A stretch of 64,000 nt of DNA from Gemmatimonadota bacterium (lineage in GTDB: Bacteria > Gemmatimonadota > Gemmatimonadetes > Longimicrobiales > Gaopeijiaceae), in contig JAXHMG010000003.1 of the NCBI GenBank assembly GCA_034521595.1, forward strand, positions 2,272,001 through 2,336,000, in the 5' to 3' direction. The notes below the pieces were generated by a model that was not told the origin of the DNA, did not search any database, and saw only the letters and a list, made by a program, of their open reading frames with translations. The stretch's first letter is position 1, and each line of letters opens with the position of its first letter. The position numbers were made by a program, and so were the translations under genes. This document shows, piece by piece, positions 53,633 through 62,343 of this stretch.

Positions 53633-54405
53633 GACTGGCCCCATCGGATCGCGAAGCGCTGCGGCCAACAGCGCGTCACGACCGCACCTCCGAGCCCCGC
53701 CCGCCGGCACAGCGCAGCGACCTCGGCGAGCGTGTACGCCGCCCGCACGGAGCGCAGCCCGTCCACGCGCACGACCTTCGACCGGGAGAGCGCGTGGACC
53801 CCGACGAGAGCCATGAAGTAGCCCAGTCGCGTCCGCCGCAGATCCTGAACGAGGAGCCGTCGGCCGACGCATGCCATGCGTGTCAGCAGCTCCACCGAAG
53901 CCGTTTCGGTCAGATGGTGGAGGAAGAGCGCGCTCGTGACGAGGTCGAACCCGTTCGGGAGCCCGTCCCGCGTCACGTCCAACCGCGCGAGCTCCAGCTT
54001 CACGCCACTCGCGGCGGCCCGGCGGTGAGCCCGGTCGAGCGCCACCCCGCTCACGTCGCAGCCGAACGGCCGGACTTCGACGCCGCGGCGCCGCGCCTTC
54101 ACGGCCACCCGGATCAACACGTCGCAGTCGCCGCATCCGACGTCGAGCACCTGCACGGGCCGGCGCCCCTCATGCCACAGACGCGTCACCTCCTCGAGGA
54201 CTCGGTGGTGCGTGAGCGACACCCGGTTGAGGCGAGCGAGCCCGTCGAGTGCGACGTGGTGGCGTCCCTCTTCGAGCCCCGGATCGTCCATGAGCTCGGG
54301 CTCACGGCGGCGCGTACCGAGGGCGGGCCAGAACGGCCGCACCGGCTCACTCCCCGATCCCGCAGCAACGCCCGTCAGAGGGGAGCTTCCACGGAACCGG
54401 GACAC
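53629..54405 (-). CDS. SAM-dependent methyltransferase-domain protein of the type III PKS cluster
   Basis: ELMDDP, VLDVGCG, LFLHHL, DLRR, DG..SV..AYT; start uncertain. Confidence 0.85.
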   Translation of the reverse strand: MSRFRGSSPLTGVAAGSGSEPVRPFWPALGTRRREPELMDDPGLEEGRHHVALDGLARLNRVSLTHHRVLEEVTRLWHEGRRPVQVLDVGCGDCDVLIRVAVKARRRGVEVRPFGCDVSGVALDRAHRRAAASGVKLELARLDVTRDGLPNGFDLVTSALFLHHLTETASVELLTRMACVGRRLLVQDLRRTRLGYFMALVGVHALSRSKVVRVDGLRSVRAAYTLAEVAALCRRAGLGGAVVTRCWPQRFAIRWGQS

Positions 54406-54677
54406 ACCGGGCCCCGAGCGTGGGTTTCGGCTTTACCGGGAGCGGGGAAGGTGCTGGGCATCGCGCTGCCTCCGTCGACGTGGTTTCTCGGAGTGGCTTC
54501 GGAGGACGAGGCTCCGTCGGGCGCCACGTGGGCAGCATGGCCGCCCCGACGGTGCGGAGCAAGGGACCCAGCCGGCGAGAAGCTTACCGATTCCGAACGG
54601 GTGTCCCGTTGCCGTTCGCCCTCCGGAGCCGCCATCATTCGCATGAACGGTTCGTTCCTCGTTGCGGAGGTGCCTCG

Positions 54678-56414
54678 ATGTCCCGCGCGTTCCACCTCCG
54701 GCGGCCAGCTCCGACGTCCACCACACTGCTAGCCGGGTTCCTGCTGGCCACGGTCGTCATGGCCTGCCTCCTGGCGGTGCAGGCCTATGGGGCCGCCCGG
54801 TCGCACCGGGCAACCGCCGAAGCCGTCCTTACCGACTACGCGGGGATCGCTGCGGCGGAGTATGGACGTGTGGCGAGGGGGCACCTCTCCCGCGTCTTCG
54901 ACGTCGCGTTCGACGAGGTGCCCCGCAGGGTCCGTCCGGGACGCATGCCCGAGCCGGTCCACGTTCGTTGGGACCTGGACGACGCGGCACGCGCGATCCG
55001 CTGTGCCTGCCCGAGCCTCCAACGATCGTGGCTCGTGTTCCGGATCGACTTGCGAGACGGCTCGGCGACGTTCGAGGGCGACCGGGAAAGGGATCTCGCC
55101 TCGGCGGTTCGGGCTTTCGCCCGGACGCGCGGGGCTTCCGGCCCTGCCGAGCGCTACGGGATGGCGACGCTCGGACCGAGCGACAGCACCACCTCGCCCC
55201 TGCTGCTCCACGCGACGGTCTTCGACGACGACGAGGTCGCTGCGATGATGTACGGTGTCGTCCTCTCCCGCGACGCGCTCACCGAGATCGCCGAGCACTG
55301 GTACACCCGCCACGAACTCCTGCCGGAAACGATCACCCGCGGAGAGCCGGGGGATTCCCTCGTCCGGATCGCGCTCTCGGCACCCGACCGGACCCCCTTT
55401 TTCGCGTCCCATGCGGGAGCGGAGCACGGACCGTTCGTAGCCGACACCCTCGCGCCCCATCTCGGGGGACTCGTCGTGCGGGCATCCATCCGGCCGACCG
55501 CCGCCGACCGCCTCGTCATCGGCGGCTTACCCTCCTCCCGCCTTCCCTTCTCGCTCGCGCTGCTCGGGCTGACCCTGGCCGTGGGGATCGCGGGTCTCTG
55601 GGAAGTGCGCAGACATCACCAGCTCGCGCGGCTCCGAGAAGACTTCATCTCCAGTGTATCGCACGAGCTCAGGACTCCCCTCGCGCAAATCCGCATGCTC
55701 TCCGAGCTACAGGCCGACCACAAGCTGCGTGCGCCGGAGGAGCGCGAGCGCGCGAACCTCGTGATCGCTCGGGAAGCTCGAAGGCTGACCCAGCTCGTCG
55801 AAAACTTCCTGCACTTCTCCCGGGCCCAGGCCGCCGGATCGTCCAAGCCCCACCCACAGCCCGTGCCCGTCGCCGAGTGTGTCGAGGAAGCGGTGGAAGC
55901 GTTCCGGCCCCTCCTGAAACCGGACGCGGGAGCCGTCGAGGTGCAGGCCGAGCCGGGTGTGACCATCATGGGCCAGAGAGACGCGCTCCGGCAGATCCTG
56001 AGCAACCTGCTCGACAACGCGACCAAGTACGGTCCGCGCGGGCAGACCGTGCGGGTCACCGTCCACCGCAGAGGGACCTCCGTACGGATCCTCGTCGAGG
56101 ACGAGGGACCGGGCATCCCGGAGGAGAGCCGCTCGGTGATCTGGGAGCCGTACCGCCGGTTGCCACGCGACATCGACAGCCACCGGCCCGGCAGCGGGGT
56201 CGGGTTGGCCGTGGTACGCACGCTCGTCGAGTCACTCGGTGGGCGTGCCTGGGTCGAGCGCGGCACGAAGGGCGGTGCGCGCTTCGTCGTGGAGATCCCC
56301 GGCGCGGCCGACGCGTCGGAACGAGAGCACCGCACGAATCACGACGAGGAGGACGAGCCTCCGCGCACTCGCGATGCACGGGAGACGCCTGTTGGCGCAC
56401 ATCCTGCTGATTGA
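54678..56414 (+). CDS. Membrane sensor histidine kinase
   Basis: Two TMs flanking a periplasmic domain; SVSHELRTPL, NLLDNA.KY, DEGPGI, GSGVGL; GGAGG RBS. Confidence 0.92.
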   Translation: MSRAFHLRRPAPTSTTLLAGFLLATVVMACLLAVQAYGAARSHRATAEAVLTDYAGIAAAEYGRVARGHLSRVFDVAFDEVPRRVRPGRMPEPVHVRWDLDDAARAIRCACPSLQRSWLVFRIDLRDGSATFEGDRERDLASAVRAFARTRGASGPAERYGMATLGPSDSTTSPLLLHATVFDDDEVAAMMYGVVLSRDALTEIAEHWYTRHELLPETITRGEPGDSLVRIALSAPDRTPFFASHAGAEHGPFVADTLAPHLGGLVVRASIRPTAADRLVIGGLPSSRLPFSLALLGLTLAVGIAGLWEVRRHHQLARLREDFISSVSHELRTPLAQIRMLSELQADHKLRAPEERERANLVIAREARRLTQLVENFLHFSRAQAAGSSKPHPQPVPVAECVEEAVEAFRPLLKPDAGAVEVQAEPGVTIMGQRDALRQILSNLLDNATKYGPRGQTVRVTVHRRGTSVRILVEDEGPGIPEESRSVIWEPYRRLPRDIDSHRPGSGVGLAVVRTLVESLGGRAWVERGTKGGARFVVEIPGAADASEREHRTNHDEEDEPPRTRDARETPVGAHPAD

Positions 56415-57081
56415 GGACAACGAGGATCTGGCGTTCGGCCTGCGTGCGACTCTGGAGTTCGAGGGATACGGCGTCGAGGTCGCGGGGGACGGTGCGGAAG
56501 GGCGGAAGCTCCTGCACGAGCACGTGCCGGACCTGGTCGTGCTGGACCTCATGCTCCCCGATGCGGACGGCCTCACGCTACTGGGCGAGCTGCGGAACGA
56601 AGGCGCGCGAGTCCCGGTGTTGGTCCTCACCGCTCGAGGAGAGGAGTCGGACGTGCTCATGGGGTTCGACCGCGGCGCGGACGACTACGTGACGAAGCCC
56701 TTCAGCACCGCCGAGCTGCTCGCTCGGGTACGCGCGCTTCTGCGCCGGGCACACGGCCCCGAAGTGGCCGACCACCTCCCGGTCTGGCGGTTCGGAAACG
56801 TCGAGGTGAATCCCGCTTCGGGCACCGTTCTGCGCGACGGAGACGTGGTGACCCTGGCGCCGAAGGAGTTCGATCTCCTCGTGGCGCTCTTGCGGAGGGA
56901 CGGAGCGGTAGCTTCGCGCTCCGAGCTCCTCGAGGAAGTCTGGCAGTACGCCAACGCCCGGATCGAGACCCGCACCGTGGACGTTCACGTCGCAGAGCTG
57001 CGGCGAAAGCTCGAGGTCGACCCGGCGGATCCCGCCCACATCCTCACGGTGCGAAAAAAGGGGTACCGCCTCAGGAGGTAG
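56392..57081 (+). CDS. OmpR/PhoB-family response regulator
   Basis: ILLIED, LDLMLP, LTA, GADDYVTKPF, winged helix RTVDVHV..LRRKLE...TVR..GY; TTG start after GGAG. Confidence 0.93.
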   Translation: MAHILLIEDNEDLAFGLRATLEFEGYGVEVAGDGAEGRKLLHEHVPDLVVLDLMLPDADGLTLLGELRNEGARVPVLVLTARGEESDVLMGFDRGADDYVTKPFSTAELLARVRALLRRAHGPEVADHLPVWRFGNVEVNPASGTVLRDGDVVTLAPKEFDLLVALLRRDGAVASRSELLEEVWQYANARIETRTVDVHVAELRRKLEVDPADPAHILTVRKKGYRLRR

Positions 57082-57101
57082 CACGCAGGGTGCGCGGGGT
57101 G

Positions 57102-57117
57102 CTTACGACATCCTTAC
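57102..57117 (+). promoter_or_regulatory. Putative OmpR-family binding site (direct repeat)
   Basis: CTTAC-gacatc-CTTAC with 11-bp period, upstream of a TACCTT -10-like hexamer at 57162. Confidence 0.55.
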
Positions 57118-57211
57118 AGAACGCGTGTGCTCCACGAACACTCGGAGCGGCGCGCCGTGCGTACCTTTCAGGCTCGCTTCTTTACCTCTCGAAACTGCTC
57201 TCCGGTCTTTG

Positions 57212-58537
57212 ATGCGCATATCGACCACCTCGACATCCTCGTGGCTCCTCGGCCTGGCAGTCCTCGTCGGCGCGCTTCCGGGCGGCGCGGTTGGAGCGCA
57301 GGAACCGGAAGACTCGGTGGCGTCTTCTCCGGGGCTTCGTGTTTACCTCGACTGCCAACGCTGCGACTTCGACTTCATCCGCGAGGAGGTTCCGGCCGTC
57401 GATTACGTGCGCGACCAGGGAGCGGCGGACGTCCACGTGCTCGTAACCCAGGAGCCCACCGGCTCCGGCGGGCAGGAATACACCTTCCACTTCATGGGTC
57501 GCGAGGAGTTGGCCGGACGCGCCGACACGCTCCGCTACACCAGCGGTCAGACCGACACCGACGACGAGGTCCGGAGGGGCTACGCGCACACCTTCGGGGT
57601 CGGCTTGGTTCGGTACCTCGCCTACGCCTCCGAAGCGGACCGGGTCGACCTCTCGTTCATGCGCCCGGACCCCACCGCGGACGGGGCAAGGACCGCGCAG
57701 GAGGACCCCTGGAACCTCTGGGTCTTCCGCACGAGCATGAGCGGGGAGATCGAGGGCGAGAGCCTGCAGCGGTCCCGGGCCGTGGACGGGTCGTTCTCGG
57801 CGAGCCGCACGACCGAAGAGTTCAAGATCGACGTCAACCTCCGCGGCGAATACGAGTGGGAGGAGTTCGACTTCGAGCAGGACGACGGGAGCATCGAGTC
57901 CCGTACTTCGAGCGCGACGGAGCTCGACGCGTCCACGACCGCCGTCTGGAGTCTCGGACCGAACTGGTCGTGGGGGTTGAGCGCGGACGTGGGGTCGGAC
58001 AGCCCCTCGAACCAGGACTTCTTCATGCGCGGCGGCCCCGCCCTCGAGTTCTCGCTCTACCCCTACGCGGAATCCACGAGCCGCCAGATCACGGCCCTCT
58101 ACCGCATCGGCGGAGCGACCTTTCAGTATCAGGACACGACGGTCTTCGGACAGCTGGCCGAGACACGACCCGAGCACAGTCTGCAGATCTCGGCCGATTT
58201 CCGGCAACCGTGGGGCGAATTCGTGCTCTCCGTCGAAGGCTCCCACTACCTCGACGACATCACGCAGCACCGGGTCGACGTATTCTCGAACCTGGAGATC
58301 CGGCTCTTCCAGGGCTTCAACCTGGATATCCGCGGGAACGTCGCCCGAATCAAGGACCAGATCTACCTCTCCGTCTCCGAGATCGACATCGAGGACCGGA
58401 TCACGGGCCGTCAGGAGATCGGGACCGACTTCGAGTACTCGCTGGACGTCGGGTTCAGCTTCACCTTCGGCTCGGTGTTCAACAACGTGGTCAACCCCCG
58501 GATCCGTACGGGAGGCGGCGGCCGCTTCTTCTTCTGA
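57212..58537 (+). CDS. Hypothetical exported protein, probable outer-membrane beta-barrel with an N-terminal CxxC domain
   Basis: Signal peptide ending VGA; DCQRC; alternating beta-strand pattern; aromatic C-terminus RFFF. Confidence 0.7.
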   Translation: MRISTTSTSSWLLGLAVLVGALPGGAVGAQEPEDSVASSPGLRVYLDCQRCDFDFIREEVPAVDYVRDQGAADVHVLVTQEPTGSGGQEYTFHFMGREELAGRADTLRYTSGQTDTDDEVRRGYAHTFGVGLVRYLAYASEADRVDLSFMRPDPTADGARTAQEDPWNLWVFRTSMSGEIEGESLQRSRAVDGSFSASRTTEEFKIDVNLRGEYEWEEFDFEQDDGSIESRTSSATELDASTTAVWSLGPNWSWGLSADVGSDSPSNQDFFMRGGPALEFSLYPYAESTSRQITALYRIGGATFQYQDTTVFGQLAETRPEHSLQISADFRQPWGEFVLSVEGSHYLDDITQHRVDVFSNLEIRLFQGFNLDIRGNVARIKDQIYLSVSEIDIEDRITGRQEIGTDFEYSLDVGFSFTFGSVFNNVVNPRIRTGGGGRFFF

Positions 58538-58627
58538 TGACGGGGGAGACAGCCGTTCGGTTCGTGCCCCCTCTCGCGCGATCCGGCGGGGCACCGTATG
58601 GTGGTGGCCGATAATTTCATGACCCGA

Positions 58628-58649
58628 GTCGCCGCGCGGTCGCCGCGCG
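58628..58649 (+). repeat. Perfect 11-bp tandem duplication
   Basis: GTCGCCGCGCG occurs twice in tandem. Confidence 0.75.
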
Positions 58650-58672
58650 ACGACCGTCCCCGAGCTTTCAGG

Positions 58673-58708
58673 AGTGAACCGTATGTCGAAAGTGAGCCGT
58701 ATGTCGAA
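58673..58708 (+). repeat. 18-bp tandem duplication spanning the cytochrome start codon
   Basis: AGTGAACCGTATGTCGAA / AGTGAGCCGTATGTCGAA, one mismatch. Confidence 0.85.
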
Positions 58709-59147
58709 AACGATCCCCCTCGCCGCCCTGGCTTGGACGATCGTCCTGGGCGCGCCCGACCGTGCCGCGGCGCAGGACGCGCCGCCCGAGGTGACGTACC
58801 GCCAGAACCTCATGCAGGCCATCCGGACGAACGTCATCCAGCTCAGGTCCGTCGCCGAGGTGGGCCATCCCGACCATACGGTGCACTACGCCCGGGCGCT
58901 TTATGGCATCGGTGAGATTCTCGGAGACGCGTTCAGGGAGGGCTCGGCCGCGAATTCCGGCGCGCTCCAGGACGTGTGGAACGACCACTCCGAGTTCCAG
59001 GAGCAAGTCGAGTTCTTCCGGTCCGCTACGGGCGAGCTCCTCGAAGCCGCCGAGATGCGGGACGCCGCCGCGATCCAGGAAGGGATCCAGTCGGTCGGAG
59101 GCACGTGCAGTGCCTGCCACCAGGACTTCCGGGCGCCCAACGACTGA
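58683..59147 (+). CDS. Class II cytochrome c (c'/c556 four-helix bundle)
   Basis: Signal peptide ending AAA; YRQNLM; ..VW....F; single C-terminal CSACH..FR heme site; GGAG RBS before ATG 58683. Confidence 0.88.
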   Translation: MSKVSRMSKTIPLAALAWTIVLGAPDRAAAQDAPPEVTYRQNLMQAIRTNVIQLRSVAEVGHPDHTVHYARALYGIGEILGDAFREGSAANSGALQDVWNDHSEFQEQVEFFRSATGELLEAAEMRDAAAIQEGIQSVGGTCSACHQDFRAPND

Positions 59148-59178
59148 GCCCGCCCGAAACCTCCGCCACCACGGGCTG

Positions 59179-60405
59179 CTACCCGCCGAACGCCTCGAGG
59201 AGGTCCAGGACGTGGTCGATGTCGGCCTCGGTATGGTCGGCGTTGATCTGCGTCCGGATCTCCTCGTCGCCCCGCGGCACCACCGGATACGTGAGTCCGG
59301 TCACCAGGACTCCGTGGTCGTAGAGGTGCCGGACGAGCGCGCGGGTCTTCCGGGTATCGCGGATCATGAGCGGAACGACCGGGTGCTCGCCGGGGATCGT
59401 CTCGATGCCGACGCGCTCCAGGCCTTCCTCGAAGCGCGCGGTCAGCGCACGTAGACGGTCCAGCCGTTCCACGCCCTTCGGGCTATCCACCAGTTCCAGA
59501 GAGCGCAGGGCGGCGGCCGCCTCCCCGACCGTGATCGGGTTCGAGTAGATGTACATGGGCGCCGACTCCCGGAGAAACCGGATGACCGCGGACGTGGCGG
59601 CCACGTAGCCACCGTTCACGCCGAACGCCTTCCCCAGGGTACCGACCAGGATATCGGCCGGGCCGCTCCCGGTATACTCCTCCACGCCACGTCCGGTCTT
59701 GCCGAAGGCGCCCACCCCGTGGGAGTCGTCGACGACGCTCACCACGTTCTCGGCGAATGCTTCGTCGTGCTTGGCGCAGATCTCCATGATGCGGTCGAGC
59801 GGCGCGTGGTCCCCCCGCATCGAGAAGATGCCGTCGGTCACGACGATCGCCCGACGAGCCTTCCCCGTCCATTCGGACAGCGCGTCATCGAGCGCCTCGA
59901 GGTCATTGTGCGGATAGATCGCCTTTCCCGCCGGACGTGACAAACGCATCGCGTTGATGATGCAGTTGTGGTTGAGCTCGTCTGAGATGAGCACGGTCTG
60001 GTCGGTCACCAGGGGGGTGATGGTAGAGACCACGGTGGCGTAGGCCGACGAGAAGATCATCGCCTCCTCCCGCCCGTGAAACGAGGCGAGCTTGGCTTCG
60101 AGCTCGACGTGCGCCCGGTAGGTCCCCGAGATGAAGCGCACGGCCCCGGGGCCTGCTCCGAAGGCGTGCGTGGCCTCCTCCTCGGCCTCGATGATCTCCG
60201 GGTGGAGTCCGAGCCCGAGGTAAGAGTTCGAGTTCATGCGGATGAACTCGCGCTCCCCTTCGCCTTCCAGGAGGAAGCGTGGTCCGTGGTCTCCCCGGGC
60301 CGGCTTCACCCCGACCACGACCGTCTCCGCTCCCTTCGCGGTTCCCGCATTCTCCAGCTCGTCCACCTGCGCGCGCAGCGCATCATTCAGGCGGTCCACG
60401 CCCAT
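59179..60405 (-). CDS. kbl: Glycine C-acetyltransferase (2-amino-3-ketobutyrate CoA ligase)
   Basis: NSYLGL, VRFISGT, SDELNHNCII, TDGIFSM.G, DDSH, GTLGKA; adjacent to threonine dehydrogenase. Confidence 0.88.
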   Translation of the reverse strand: MGVDRLNDALRAQVDELENAGTAKGAETVVVGVKPARGDHGPRFLLEGEGEREFIRMNSNSYLGLGLHPEIIEAEEEATHAFGAGPGAVRFISGTYRAHVELEAKLASFHGREEAMIFSSAYATVVSTITPLVTDQTVLISDELNHNCIINAMRLSRPAGKAIYPHNDLEALDDALSEWTGKARRAIVVTDGIFSMRGDHAPLDRIMEICAKHDEAFAENVVSVVDDSHGVGAFGKTGRGVEEYTGSGPADILVGTLGKAFGVNGGYVAATSAVIRFLRESAPMYIYSNPITVGEAAAALRSLELVDSPKGVERLDRLRALTARFEEGLERVGIETIPGEHPVVPLMIRDTRKTRALVRHLYDHGVLVTGLTYPVVPRGDEEIRTQINADHTEADIDHVLDLLEAFGG

Positions 60406-60484
60406 AGCACTCTCCACTTCTCGTTCTGTCGAAGGATGTTCCGTCGAAAAGGTCGTGTCGTGCGATCCCCCGTGCTCGGCCGGG

Positions 60485-61426
60485 TCACGCCTCGCTCAAA
60501 TGCTTCAGCATGTCGGAGGTCATGTCGGCCACGCCGTACTCCGGCGCCCAGTCCCATTCCTCCCGGGCCGCGGCGTCGTCGATGCGGTCGGGCCAGGAGT
60601 CGGCGATGCTCTGGCGAACCGGGTCCACCTCATAGGTGACCTCGAAGTCCGGCAAATGCTTCCGAATCTCGTCCGCCAGCCGCTCCGGGGCGAGCTGCAT
60701 CGCAGTCACGTTGAACGCGTTGCGGTGCACCAACCGCCCGGGATCGGCTTCCATCACCCCGACGATCGCCCGGATCGCGTCCGGCATGTACATCATGTCG
60801 AGCGTGCTCGTCGGCTCGAGGAAGGACGTGTAGCCCCCGTGCTCGACCGCCTGATGGAAGATGTCGACGGCCCAATCAGTCGTCCCGCCACCGGGCGGTG
60901 CTCCATAGGAGATCAGGCCCGGAAAGCGAACCCCCCGTGTGTCGACGCCGTATCTGGTGTGGTAATAGTCGCACAGGAGCTCCCCCGCGACCTTCGTGAT
61001 GCCGTACATCGTCGCCGGACGCGTGATGGTGTCCTGAGGGGTCGGGTTCTTGGGCGTGTCCGGTCCGAAGACACCGATCGAGCTGGGGGTGAACACGGCG
61101 CACCCCTGCTCACGCGCCACCTCGAGCACGGCTTCGAGGCTGGCCATGTTCACGTGCCACGCGAGGCGGGGATCCCGCTCTCCGACTGCGGAGAGGATGG
61201 CGGCGAGGTGGAACACCGTATCGGCCCCGTGCCGCATGACGGCTTGCCCGACCGACCGCGCGTGGGTCGCGTCGAGCACCTGGAACGGACCCGCCCCGGT
61301 CATTTCCGGGTCGAGCTGGCGAACGTCCGTGGCGAGCACGTTCGCGTTCCCGTATCGGGCGCGCAGCTCCGGAACGAGCCAGGACCCAATCTGTCCGCCG
61401 GCGCCGGTCACCAGAATCCGCTTCAA
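60485..61426 (-). CDS. L-threonine 3-dehydrogenase (SDR/epimerase type)
   Basis: ILVTGAGGQIG, HLAAILSAVGE, PSSIGVFG, YGITK, PGGGTTD, MMYMPD, IADSWP; TTG start. Confidence 0.9.
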   Translation of the reverse strand: MKRILVTGAGGQIGSWLVPELRARYGNANVLATDVRQLDPEMTGAGPFQVLDATHARSVGQAVMRHGADTVFHLAAILSAVGERDPRLAWHVNMASLEAVLEVAREQGCAVFTPSSIGVFGPDTPKNPTPQDTITRPATMYGITKVAGELLCDYYHTRYGVDTRGVRFPGLISYGAPPGGGTTDWAVDIFHQAVEHGGYTSFLEPTSTLDMMYMPDAIRAIVGVMEADPGRLVHRNAFNVTAMQLAPERLADEIRKHLPDFEVTYEVDPVRQSIADSWPDRIDDAAAREEWDWAPEYGVADMTSDMLKHLSEA

Positions 61427-61617
61427 ACCGTGTTTCTCCGTCGGGACGAGGTCGTGTGCGCGTGCCGTACGCGGTGCGTGGCCGAGGTGCCACGGGAAGA
61501 CGGGGCGGCAATGTATGCGCCTCGACGGAGGTGAGCCACCCTGGTGAAGCCGACGAAGCACACGAGCCGTTGCGCATACGCTCGACGATACCGCGCGAAT
61601 CCCCTGTTCGCCGGGGG

Positions 61618-62238
61618 CTATCCCGGCTTCCTGCCGACGATCTGTACCACGGAGCTCCGGCCGTGATGCAGGGCCCCCTCGTGAATGTCGCGCTCGACCT
61701 CTCGGGCCACGTCCAGCTTCAGGCCCGACAGCTCTTCCCGGAGCGTCTCGAGATCCATCATGAGATCCGCGGTCGGTGGCCCGCCCGTGCCGTGTGCGAG
61801 CTGGTCGGGGGTATACGCTTCGAGGATGAAGACTCCGCCGGGCTCGAGTCCGTCGACGACACGCCGGTGGACGCTACGCCGGACGTGAGGTGGAAGGTGA
61901 GCGAAGATGGAAACCACCCCCGCCCATGCTTCTCGCTCGATGGGGAATTCCGCGAGGTCCGCGTGCACGAAGTGAACTCCGGATGCGACCTCCGAGTCCG
62001 TCGCGAGTCGCCGCCCCTTGTCAACGGCAACGGCCGACGCGTCCACACCCGTCACCCGATGCCCGAGCCCGGCCAAAAAGACGGCGTTTCTCCCCTCGCC
62101 CTCGGCCAGCGACAGCACCGGGCCGGACGGGATCGACCCAGCCATCTCCCGGAGGAAGTCGTTCGGGTCACGACCGTACTTGTACGCGTCGCCCGCATAG
62201 CGCAAATCCCAGGGGTTGGGCCTGCCGGCAGATGTCAT
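61618..62238 (-). CDS. Class I SAM-dependent methyltransferase (TehB-like)
   Basis: WD.RY....Y.YG..PNDFL, LAEGEGRNAVFLA, GTGGP; GGAGG RBS. Confidence 0.85.
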   Translation of the reverse strand: MTSAGRPNPWDLRYAGDAYKYGRDPNDFLREMAGSIPSGPVLSLAEGEGRNAVFLAGLGHRVTGVDASAVAVDKGRRLATDSEVASGVHFVHADLAEFPIEREAWAGVVSIFAHLPPHVRRSVHRRVVDGLEPGGVFILEAYTPDQLAHGTGGPPTADLMMDLETLREELSGLKLDVAREVERDIHEGALHHGRSSVVQIVGRKPG

Positions 62239-62343
62239 CTTTTCCTCCGGGGAGCGTCGTCGTCCATCCTCATCCTGACGAACCATGCGTAGTGACTTTC
62301 GAGCGCCCGATTCGAAGGGAACCTTCCGGAGCTCTCACGGGGC

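Noticed and set aside
58628-58708. CRISPR-like repeats
   Set aside because: Only two adjacent copies each, with no spacers and no cas genes.
61427-61617. Possible riboswitch upstream of tdh-kbl (GTATGCGC/GCGCATAC inverted repeat at 61513-61520 and 61572-61579)
   Set aside because: I cannot match it to glycine, T-box or other known consensus; one arm overlaps a likely -10 (TACATT), and an 8-bp match is weak evidence.
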